DNA of 64,000 nt from Adineta vaga (taxonomy: Eukaryota > Animalia > Rotifera), in the NCBI GenBank assembly GCA_021613535.1, contig CP075494.1, positions 14,260,001-14,324,000 of the forward strand, written 5' to 3'. Below, one piece after another: positions 35,946 to 47,498 of the stretch. A program made the translations under genes and the position numbers. Each line of letters starts with the position of its first letter. Position 1 is the stretch's first letter. The notes below the pieces were generated by a model, which was not told the origin of the DNA, searched no databases, and worked only from the letters and a program-made list of their open reading frames with translations.

Positions 35946-36197
35946 GAAAGAAAGCAAGGTTGCATTTTCGATCTCAATTAAGATTGATCGAAATTTTCTC
36001 GTATTTATTCTTTCCCTTGATTTCTAGTCTGCACCTTCCATTTCTGCTTGTTGTGTAGCTCTTTTTCGATTTCACTCCTTGGTTTGTTTTTCTTAGATTA
36101 TTTTTTATTCGAAACAGAAAACAGAAAGCTAAGAACAAAAAAAAATATATATAGAAGTCTTCAGAATTTAAAACCGTTGTTTGTTGTTTGTTAAATC

Positions 36198-36201
<4 letters not shown>

Positions 36202-36231
<30 letters not shown>
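36202..36231. repeat. (TTA)10 microsatellite in the brat 3' region
   Basis: Direct read of the sequence. It explains the poly-L and poly-Y spurious ORFs here. Confidence 0.9.
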
Positions 36232-36232
<1 letters not shown>

Positions 36233-38424
36233 TACATTGTTGTATTGTTATTGTTGTCAATTGTTTCTTATTTCTTCCCTCATTGTTATTTTTCACTTTC
36301 TTTACTTGCGCTACTAGGTGTGTTATTTCACTCGATATCTTTTGCTATTCAACTCTTGCTGCGACAGTCAGATCCTTGTCGCTCTATCTGAAAATCAAGG
36401 AACGCTTTTGTTTTATGTCTATGTATATAGTTTAACTTAACCTTATATCTTCAACCATTTTTTCTCTGTATATCTGTATAGTATAATCTTTATGATTGTA
36501 TATAGTACTTCCTACTATCCATTCCTATCCCAGTAAAGAGTTAATCTATATATATATTTTTTAAAATCGCATCTATTTATATATATTTTTCTGTGTTCAT
36601 ACTCAGTATTCTTCGAATTCATTAGCATTTCGATCAAAAACTAGTGAGCCATACGTATTATATATATAACATATATGATCAAATTAGACGATTCTTTCCT
36701 TCTGTAGATTTCTTCCATATATATTGTATCTTTCCAAAAATCCTCGCCTATGATTGAGCAAACATACAAAAAAAAGTCAAGTCAGAGTATCTATATATTG
36801 TTTTGTTTTCGTCTTTAGAGCAACAGAAAAAAAAGTAAATGTATGTGTGTTTTTCTTGTCTGTTATGTACTGTCTGTGATTGTGCTTTGTGACGTAGTTT
36901 ATTTTCTTCTCTTCAATATGCACACTAAAAACGAAAAAAGACATACACATTTGTTCGTGCCATACTTTTTGCTGGTTTTTTTATACTTCTTTCTTTTTTT
37001 TATAATGAATAAGAAGAGTTAAAAGAAAACAAACAGTGTTCGTTTTTTTTTGTATTATTATTATTATTATTATTATCATTTGCATACTCATCATTAATAT
37101 TTCTCCTTGTTTGTTTTTATTTCTGTTCTGTTTTTTTTTTCGTTGTTATATATTGAGTTTTTATAAATATATCCTAGTTATTGTTTAAATTATACGAAAG
37201 AATTTTTTTCTCTTATGTCAGTTTATAACAGAAGGCGATACATGATATGACTTCGAGCAAGAAATATGGTAATCAATAGAGAAATTTATGTCGGATATAA
37301 CATATGTTCCGAAGGAAATGATTCACTTTTCAATCAATTAATGGTAACATTTCTCGAAATTGATTCTCATGAACATTATGACTGAGATTTATTTTTCTTA
37401 ATAATCATGTTCGTTGTCTCATATTTATATAAATCAGAAGGAGAAGTGTATCGGTACATGTTTATGTCTATATATATATTTCTAATAATTGCATTGATCG
37501 ATGAGATTTTATAATGTCTTTCATAGACGAATATTAAGAAAAGGATCCTGCTGTGCAATCGTCTGTGTCATTATGCAAAAGAAATTTTCATCTCCATATG
37601 GTCAATAATTATCATATACAAGCACTGTGGGTTTTTTTCCCCTCTCTCCTTATCTTCTTTCTCATACAAAAACACAAATGTTACTCGTGGTCTTGTGACA
37701 AGTAGATATAGATCTTATCATTGCTTGATATTATATTGTCAAGTTTATTTATTCGTTTTTCCCTTTGTTTTTTTCTTCAATAAATTCAAAACCTTTTGAA
37801 CTGTTTATTCTATGATGTAAATCTGTTCTTGGTAATGTTGCTCTTTTTGATTTAATTATCTTGACTGTAGAAATGAGCTCATTAACAACGTATGTTTCTA
37901 TCCCAGAGGATATATATCATGAATGTAGTCTTGCAACCATTGATGACAAGAACAACATATGTAAGTAACTTTTGCAAAGAATCAAGTAGAAAGATCATTT
38001 TTGAAAGAGAAAAGGATTATTTCTATTCATCAGAGTTATCAAAAAAGAAGGAAATCGATTTCCTTTATGATTTGATTATTTCTTTTAATCACAAGAGAAT
38101 CCCAGGAAAGTATCGTTTCGATAATAGTTAAATCGAAGGACATTGTTACGAGTTTTGTTTGTATATATATTTGTTAGATAAACGGCATATGTCGACTCAT
38201 TTCTTCTTTTTTGCTATGTATATTAAGAATAGAATTCTTCGTTTCGTTGTTATTTTTACTTATGAAATCACATAAGAATCACTTGATGTTGTTGACAGTC
38301 ATCATGGTGCGTTTTTTTTCTTCTTTGATAAATCAATTGATTGAAGTTTAAAAGAAACTTTTTTTTCCTCACTTATTGCGGATTTTGTTGCTTTATAGAT
38401 CATGCAATATCAAACAATTAGGAA

Positions 38425-39093
38425 GTGAAAATTATGAATCCGGAAGAACAACGTACAAGTTGTCCTGGCTTTTTAGATGAGTATGGTATTTGGAATAATG
38501 GTTTTGAATGTCCACCATTAGGCGGACAACGACGAATATGTTGTGGAACAGATGCTCATCTGTATTGTTGTTCAATAGGAAATGCATTAATTAATCGTCA
38601 AGAAAAATCTTCATTAACAATCAATGAAACTACATATTCTTTAATAGACAAATTGAATGCAATCTTTTATACATTACCAATTCTGTTAACGTGTATTCTA
38701 ATCCTTATTCTTTTATTAATTATGATTATGATCATTTTATTTATTTGTTATCGTTGTCGTCAACAAACTTCAACTAAACAAGAAGAACCTATTTCAGCAA
38801 AACAAACTTTACTTGTCGATCATTTTCCATTTAAACCTCCACATCATCAACTACTTTTTCATGAACCAATTCCTCATACAAAAGAACCGTTAACAACAAG
38901 TACAATATCATCGAAATCCAATCATCTTCCATCAAGTATCTATTATAATGATTGGCAAGAATTCTTTCATACAACTGAACAACCTATGAATCTCTATCCA
39001 ACAATGTCAATACATAGTAATGAAAATACATATCTTCATCCGAATTATCTCGTCGATGAGAAACAATATCAATCAGATGATATTATTGTTTAA
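38425..39093 (+). CDS. Shisa-family single-pass membrane protein (5' end uncertain; first in-frame ATG at 38434)
   Basis: Cys-rich SCPGFLDEYGIWNNGFECP...ICCGTDAHLYCC pattern typical of the Shisa domain, a hydrophobic TM followed by CYRC, and a Pro/Tyr-containing tail ending DDIIV. Confidence 0.75.
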   Translation: MKIMNPEEQRTSCPGFLDEYGIWNNGFECPPLGGQRRICCGTDAHLYCCSIGNALINRQEKSSLTINETTYSLIDKLNAIFYTLPILLTCILILILLLIMIMIILFICYRCRQQTSTKQEEPISAKQTLLVDHFPFKPPHHQLLFHEPIPHTKEPLTTSTISSKSNHLPSSIYYNDWQEFFHTTEQPMNLYPTMSIHSNENTYLHPNYLVDEKQYQSDDIIV

Positions 39094-39790
39094 AAGATTT
39101 GTTGTTTTCAATTGTATATAACTTTCTTTTCTCTCTCTTTTATTTCAAGTTTCATTTGATTAATGATCATATTCTGTTCAATAGATAATACAAAGACATT
39201 GATTGATTCTTATTCTTAATATCTATCCTTGATTTTCCGAAAAAGAACTAATCGAATGATAATATTCTTTCAGAAATCAACTGTCACATTGTTAATGTCA
39301 TGTTTTTTCTATGGATCAAAAGAAGAAATGACGAAGATGTCAAGGTAAGTCGTCTTGTCGAAGAAAGTGAGCGTGAAAAACGATAAGCGAACATGTCATT
39401 TCTCCAAATGTAGATCTCTCTCTCTCTCTCTTATATAATGATTAAATCGAATATATAAATTATTTACATATGGATGAATCTGCACAGCATGAGAGATATT
39501 GCTCTATCAAATGTTGATATCATCAATCACTAAATCTGGTTACATGTCAATCGTTCGATCGATTCAAAGTATATGTATACATATACATATCTTTTGTTTA
39601 TATAACAAAAGATCGATCGGAACTTCTCGCGTTAATTGATATTGATCAGAGTGTGTACACGTCTTTAGTTGTTATATATTGGAATGTGAAAAAGAAAAAG
39701 AAGAAGAAGAAGAAGAAGAATGTGATACAAGAATTAACTGCAAGTTTTTGTTTTCCAAATACAAACGTAAGAAAGAGAAATGTTTGTTAA

Positions 39791-40256
39791 TTAACAATCG
39801 AGAAAATTCGCTGCCATGAGTAATTCGAGTGCTTCTTCAGGTGCAATAGCAAAATCTGGAATTTCGATAGTTGAATTGGAATAACGTGATTTATAGGCAA
39901 AATACGAACAGATACGTGCAAGAACCTAAATCATTCGAGATGTTATTTTCATAGAAATTGTGAATTTATTTATCTTACTTGTGAACTAATACTTCGAAAA
40001 TGAATGACATTAGTTTCATTTTCCGCATATTGTCCTAAAGACAAATAAAGATTTCTTTATCGAATAAAAGAATGTACAAACCAGGTCCACTTAACATTGC
40101 TTTGATTGTTTGTGAAGTTAGTGCAAGATCACGTTTGATAAAGAATTCGTGATCATCGGATGAAACTAATTTAACGTACATATCATTTGGAATTTCAATT
40201 TTTGGTCCTTTATCTGCTTCATCATCCGCAGTCATCATTTTCATTAAGGTCATCAT
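39791..40256 (-). CDS. ELOC: Elongin C, 3 exons
   Basis: [34 protein letters not shown]|[18 protein letters not shown]|[12 protein letters not shown]...[18 protein letters not shown]. Several in-frame ATGs, so the exact start is uncertain. Confidence 0.96.
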
Positions 40257-41001
40257 CTTTGCAGTTGATTTTTGAAGAAAATTATGAAATTTCTTTTTCT
40301 TTATCTAAATTTCAAAGATCCGATCGTAATAATGAAATACCACGATTGTTCGTTCGTTCGTTCGTGTGTTGCTAATATACACAGATCAATTGATAGGTTG
40401 TTTGAAATACCGAATGAAGTATTTGATTTTCAGAGCCATCTATAGTCAAATTTTTCAAACAGTACAATCTGTTCACTCAAGGAAATAACTTTCAAGTGTT
40501 CTTCAAATAAATGAAGTAAAATCATTATGTGTTAATGAAAATTTTCAATTATCATACATGACATAACACAACCTTGGATAGTACATCTGCTCACTAAAAT
40601 TTCTATTGATAAAAGTTAGCCTTTGCTGATCACCTACATCAGTTGACAGAAGGATTAATTTATACTTCCTATTTTGATAAAGAAAAAACAACGAAACTCG
40701 AGACCTTAGATACACAGTTAATATAAAAAGTATCATGTTATCTAACGTTTTATTGTTTTTATGACACGAGGTTTTTTGAGGTATGCATGATTTGTACAAA
40801 GTTCTGACAATTGATTGATATTCGATAGGTATTTATTCATCTCATATAAAGTCAGGAATAACATACGGCTGACTATCGATCATTGTGAAAAATATTGCTT
40901 TAGAATTTTTATTTAACATTATAGAAAAAAAACGGTTGTATACAAAAGAAAAACTCAACTCAAAGTACTTCTTATTGATAGAAATCATAAGAGAATGATG
41001 A

Positions 41002-41025
41002 GAAGAAGAAGAAGAAGAAGAAGAA
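41002..41025. repeat. (GAA)8 microsatellite
   Basis: Direct read of the sequence. Confidence 0.85.
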
Positions 41026-41191
41026 GTGAAAAAGAGAAAGAATGAATTGAATCACTGTTTTCGTGTTTGTCAAGAAAATTTCGATAGATTTAATTTGTTT
41101 TGTTTTTACAATTAACAGAGATTCACAACATATATGTGACAGCACATATGACTAGACTGTCGATGTCTTGGTTCGTTTTCATACATCAGTT

Positions 41192-43773
41192 TTAATTACT
41201 GTCATTTTCTTCGGTAGTTGCAAATGGAACTCCAGTATTCGCATCGATTTCTTCAAAAAATAAAGTTAACCATTTCTTTTCTAAACAATCTTCAAGTTGT
41301 CGACATGCTGTTAATAAATTCGGAGATTTTTGAAACCAATCATGATAAATCACACCAGCCGAATGCATACGATGGCCAGCATCCGGAACTAATAAACGAA
41401 AACGTAAAAGATCTTTGACTTCTTCCGTAACACGAAAGAATATTTCATCTTCGAATAATTTCGGAATATTTTCAAGTTGAGGTAAAATATCTTGATCTTC
41501 ATGAAATGGAAAATAACCAGTTAAACTGACAAAAATAATTACACCAATTGCCCACATACTACAAGAACATAAACATTGCTATCTAATTTTATTTGTTTGT
41601 GTAAACATAAAACTTACTCGACTGTTTTATTATAGCCTCGAGTATGGCGTAATTGATCATGAGATACTTCAGGTGGTAAATAAGCAGTTGTTCCAACTTT
41701 TGTATAACGTAATGAATGTTCATGAATTGTACGAGCATAACCGAAATCACCTACATAAGAGATAAATAAAAATCTTATTAGTTCCGAGTTAATGTTTCAT
41801 TTCCGACAAACAATGACGTACCAACTTTTAAATGTACGACATCATCAGGAAAAATATTGATTAAAACATTATCAGGTTTCAAATCACAATGTCTATATGA
41901 GAAGAGAAATGGATTTGTTTGAAGAAACTATGAATATTTTTCTTACGCAATATTTTTAAAATGTAAATATCGAATAGCTGCAACGAGTTGAAATGCAAGA
42001 AATCTTGTTACATCTTCAGTTAAACGAGCTTTCGGATTGGCATTTGAAAGAATAAAATTCAACATATCAGTATCCAGTCGTTCCGTAACAAGTAGTATAT
42101 GTTGTTCAAAATCAAAAATACCTTCAAATTTCAGAATACCTGAAAAGAAAACGATTATGATCGAACGAAAAAAAAACCGCACAAACAAACCAGGATGATT
42201 CAATTGAAATAGATAAGCTGCTTCTTGTTCAATATTTTCTCGATCTTTCTGTGAACATTGTGTCATTTGTATCTTTTTGATTGCAATACGAACACCATTT
42301 CGACGCATTGTACCACCAAATACCATACCAAATCGTCCCATACCAAGAATTTCCTTTTCATTCATATCGTATAGATCTGCGAAATCTTTCGTATCACCAT
42401 CATTTCCACGTACAATCTTAAATGATGAACGTGCTCTTCGATCATTTGTCGATTGAACAGCTTCATTTATTGTATCAAGAAGTAAACAAGCTAATTTTTG
42501 ATAAACAATTGCTTGAGATGGTGGTGAACCGGAAATATTATCAAGATAAGCAGAACCATTTGTACTTGCATTCGATGAAGAATGTGGTCGACCATCTAGT
42601 AAATAGAAAACAAACAATCGAATCAAATGAAGATGAAAATTTCTTTATTAATCATACTTTCAATATCGGCTGCATTGATTTCAAAGAGATGTTTGTTTCC
42701 TTGATCATCTCGTTGAATGAATTTAAATTTCTTTTTATCATACGATATTTCTGCACGTTTACTATGACGACTTTCACGACCGAATTGTCCTGTTGCTGTC
42801 CAGATACCATCTTTTTCTTGACAATTTGTAAGTTTAATATCTTTACGTCGATCTGGTTTGATATTTATTTGTGGTGGTGGAGTTCGATGATTATTATCCT
42901 GAGCAGTACGAGCATTTCTTCGAGTATGAACTACCATTGATGATGAAGTTACTGTACCATTCGAATGAATTGATGAACTTGATGAATCATGTTTGGAATT
43001 AATGAGACCAGCTTTGGACGAAGAAGACGACATAGCAGATGATGCACTTGGAGTTGGTGTTGCTAGCGATGATCGTGGATTGGATGATGTACTTCGTGCA
43101 ATTGATGATGTAAATAATTTCACAAATTTTGTTCGTTTAGGTGGAGTATGAGAACCATTGGATAGATCACGATCTTTATAAACTTTTCCCGGTGACATTG
43201 AACTTATTGTTGTATTCGATGATGCACGACGTACAACTGAAGTTACACCGGGACAATCCGCAGGTAAATGTTCAGCACATTGATGATGATAATCACGTTT
43301 ACATACTTTACATCGTTTACCCTTTAAGCAAGAGAAAACAATTACTTAAATTAAATTCAATGAAGTCATACTTGTTTAATTAAACCCCACATGAAATAAT
43401 CGCATGATGAACAATAAGTTGGTTTTTTATAATTATGTTCTGAAAGTATATGATCACGTGGACGAACATTAGTTTCATGATCTGATCTCCAAATAACGAT
43501 TTCAATAAAACATGTCGGTGTTAAATCACTTGAACGTGTAATTAATTTTAAACTTGGTGGTTGAAGATCCGGTGAAATAAGAAATAATTTAATATGATGA
43601 CGATGATTATTTACTTCAAGACTGCCAATCGCTTTTGATACAATCTCAGCTGCTTGTTTATGTAAATCATTAAGAACATCGGGATTGGATTTATCAATTT
43701 GTATGGATTGATAAGTAATACCAAATTTTAAACAAATAAGCATTAATTCTTGAGAAAATTGTCGTGCAGCCAT
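41192..43773 (-). CDS. Protein kinase D (PRKD)-like kinase, divergent, multi-exon
   Basis: N-terminal ubiquitin-like region (LKLITRSSDLTPTCFIEIV), C1 domain (H...[26 protein letters not shown]...HHQC), PH-like segment, and kinase motifs [70 protein letters not shown] typical of PKD. Confidence 0.87.
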
Positions 43774-46401
43774 GACGAAATTTCACAAAATCCTTCAATT
43801 TATCATATCTCAAATGTAATATTTTTCTAGCAAAAGAACCAAGACAAAATACTAAATTACTGAATAAAATTTTCTCAAATTTATATCTAGACATCTGGCA
43901 CGATGAGGAAACTTACAAAAAAAAAAGAGAGAAAGTATGTATGTTCGTGTAGACAAAAACCAATGCTTCTTCCGTTCTGTATTTTTTAATGCAATGAAAA
44001 AATAGAAGAAGAAGAAGAAGCAAAGGTTTCTTGTTATTCTTTTTTTTTACCTTTCTTATGCTGACAAAATATTAGAATGACGAATACATAATCATGACAT
44101 TTTCATCCATCATAGATTGATGAATCTGAGTGGTGTGGGTTCATCATGATTATTTTACTCATAATCTTCAACATCATATTAAGTAAACTTTTCTTTAATA
44201 ATAAAGTAGTTCTCTAATTCTCCATCAACTATTCAAATTGTATAAATATAAAATGAATCTTAATCTTTTATCTCTTTTCTCTCAATCCTGAATCGGATAT
44301 ATTTTCACCTCGAATACACGAGAAAACGAGCGCATAGCTCTGATTACTATCATCTATATTCGTCTATTTTTTACTTCTCAAAAATCTAATCAATAACAAA
44401 CTGTCATTATTTAATAGATTAGATCCATCCTTCGAGTAGAATCCATAACTAAATCAGCGAAATCAAAACTTGACGTCTCTCTCTCACTTTTTTTCGTCTC
44501 TTTATGATAAGATAAATTTCTCGTAAATAGGAAAATTTTTCGCGCGTTCGTTCTCTTCTTTAAAAATAAACTGTCGATTTATATCGTCAACATACCTTTC
44601 GTTTTCTTTTGCTTTGTAGAAAAAGCAAAAAAAAACGTTTTCTGACAATTACTCTAGTTCAACATTATATCGTCATGTCTATAATTGCTTTTCTTTTTTC
44701 GAAAAAAGCAAAAAAAGGCAGGAACTGTAAACTCGAATGATTAATAATTCTTTGTCAATGGAGATTTAACTGCTAGTTAGTTCTCTTACGTTATTTCTCT
44801 GGTCGTTTATTTGCGTTTCTTTCTTTGATTTCGTCTTACGAAAAAAAAAGGTAATACATCTACGACGACAACTATTAATATAAAAACGTGATTGGCAAAA
44901 AGATTTTTTTTATTTAGATTCATTCTTAATGTGCCGTCGCGTTGTTATGTTACGTCTCTTTCGCTCTCTGTTCTTTATTTTCTTTCGACTACATACACGG
45001 TATGTTGATGTAGAAAAAAAAACGAGAGAAAGAGAGAAGAAGAAGAAGAAAAAAGCAAAACTACCTACTAACAACTATAACCATGTTAATCGTAGAACAT
45101 ACGTTTCTACATACTAATAGTTCAAAGGTAGACAATGTCTCATTATTATCATATGATCTTTACGATTAATACATGTACATCATTAATATATATATTGCGT
45201 TTATATTCTATGTAGAAAATTTTGATTTTAATATTGATACAAACTCAAATGAGACTTGTATAAATATGCACATCACGTTTAACAATTAGTGATATTTCAC
45301 CTCGTATGACTTTCTGAGAACCAGTGATGCAAATGAAATCCTTTTTAGAAAGTGTATATTTTTATGTTAGGCGAAAACAAAAAGTCACTTTCAATAATCG
45401 ACAAGTGTCATATGATTTTGCAAAACTAATATATCATATGGATCACATTTCTACTTAGTTAAGAAATGTTACTACATAACTTCAAACAGTTGAAAGTCGC
45501 CTTTTTTTCTAGTAAATATCATTGTAAAACATTCTAATCTCGACGCACTTGATAGAGAAAATGTTAGCATGAGCACGTTCGAAAGAAATAAGTTAAAACA
45601 CAATCTTATTATCATTTGTTATTAGAACGGAAAGAAAAGGTTTTTATTATTATTATTATCCATGAAAAAATCTGTTGAGCTTTAATGAATTACTCTTCTG
45701 TAAATCCATACATGTGATAATACGCATTATGACCTTCTCGAAAAGATAGTTTAGAAAAATCTGTCAAAACTTGTTTTTAATCGAAAGATCTGTCGAAATA
45801 ATTATATACATGCCAGATTCAATAAACAACTTGAATTGAAGAAAATGTTGTCATTAATAATAAAAGATTATAGATTTTTCTTCTATTTAGAAAAGAAATT
45901 TCTGAAAAAATCACAACAACTATTTCTATTGACACATAATAAACTCTTTGGATACAACATGGATAATTGAAAGAATAAACAAAATATCTCGAGAATTATT
46001 TCAAATCATTTCGAGATTTCTGACAACTTTGATTCAGCACGTAATATATCGATTTAAGTTTAGGTTGAAAGCAATTGCATGCAAAAAACTAATACATTAT
46101 GATCTGTCAATAGTCTTTGATTAAAAGTAGACTATACTTACTTACCCATCAAGAAAATTCTTCTTTATCTTTTCCATAAAAGTCAAAGAAATTAATCAGA
46201 AATTGTGAAAGTTTCACCTATTCAAAATTTTGTCACCTTACCGACAATATATATTTAAAATCTTATTTATTAGTTTACAACAATATTCTTTCATAATGTT
46301 ATGAAGAAAAAAACACATTAGAAAAGTGTCAAGTCACGTCTAAATTGGAATATAGATGAAATCAATGTACGATGATTATGAGCCTACAAAACAAGATTAT
46401 T

Positions 46402-47145
46402 TTATTTATTTGATATTATAGAAAAATAAAGTTTCAGACGATCAGTCGATGGAAAAAGTAAATTTTTAATTAATAACAAAGGCGTTGTTTCACTTAAACA
46501 AGAATCATAGAAAAAAAGATAGATTTGATATGGTGAGGAGATTTGACATATTGTTTCAAGATATTTTCTTATATGATGAATTTCTAATTGAGAATTAACA
46601 CAAAGATATTTCCGTGGATATTGTTGAATTGTTAACGATGGATCAATATACTTTCGACATAATTCAATTTGAAGTGCAATAGGAATAGTTGAAATTTTCG
46701 AACGAGATATTATTGATCGATCATTCGGTGAACGTAAACGAATATGATCATGTCTATCAGTAAATCGCATAGGTGAAAGATTATGTACAAGTCGAAGTTT
46801 AAGACGAAGATCTTTTGGTATTGATAAAGATTTTTCTTCATAAAAATGTTTTTCATTATTGATTTCATCGCTATCTAATAAAGGTAATAGTGAATTAACA
46901 ACATCTCTTAATTGTCGATCGGGCATTACACATTTTGATATATCAGAAAATGGTTGAAGATTAATGTTACATTTTGGACATTTATATTCTGAACGTGGTA
47001 AATTTTCAAAATAAACAAGTATACATGTTCGACAAAATGTATCCATACATTCTTTTATTGTATAAGGATCGACAAGATAACCATGACATAACGAACATTG
47101 TAAAAGTGGATTGATATCCGATAATGAATAATACAGAGAATTCAT
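46402..47145 (-). CDS. Polycomb group RING finger (PCGF/Bmi1/Psc-like) protein, intronless CDS
   Basis: LSDINPLLQCSLCHGYLVDPYTIKECMDTFCRTCI...CPKC...DRQLRDVVNSLLP matches the PCGF N-terminus. RAWUL-like C-terminus RKYLCVNSQLEIHHIRKYL...LKLYF. Confidence 0.88.
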   Translation of the reverse strand: MNSLYYSLSDINPLLQCSLCHGYLVDPYTIKECMDTFCRTCILVYFENLPRSEYKCPKCNINLQPFSDISKCVMPDRQLRDVVNSLLPLLDSDEINNEKHFYEEKSLSIPKDLRLKLRLVHNLSPMRFTDRHDHIRLRSPNDRSIISRSKISTIPIALQIELCRKYIDPSLTIQQYPRKYLCVNSQLEIHHIRKYLETICQISSPYQIYLFFYDSCLSETTPLLLIKNLLFPSTDRLKLYFSIISNK

Positions 47146-47350
47146 GTGTAAGAGACAACAATTCGATAAAAATGAATTATTATATCATTTCAGATTATGA
47201 GAAAACAAAAAATAGAACAATGATCTAACACTTTTCTTCATTCGTCTATATGATCCTTTTTTTCTGATCGCCGGACAATACTCAATAGATGACGTTAACG
47301 ATCGATGACATTCATATTCAATACACAACTATTTTTCAAAAATTACCGGT

Positions 47351-47395
47351 GGGTAGGCGGCGCTTACTCATGCCCTACCCTAATTACGCCACTAG
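47351..47395 (+). mobile_element. Probable terminal remnant of a non-autonomous DNA transposon (hairpin plus terminal motif)
   Basis: GC-rich island in AT-rich DNA: inverted repeat GGGTAGG...CCTACCC (47351-47380) followed 11 nt later by CTAG|T. Confidence 0.45.
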
Positions 47396-47498
47396 TTGTA
47401 GGACCTGAAAACTGAAGATAAAGTACGCTTTTGTCATTATTTTCTGATATGATATTTGTTATTCAAATAAAAATATTTATTTAAACTAAACAAAAAAG

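Noticed and set aside
36181-36435. Poly-Leu and poly-Tyr ORFs resembling signal peptides
   Set aside because: Produced by the (TTA)10 microsatellite in the brat 3' region.
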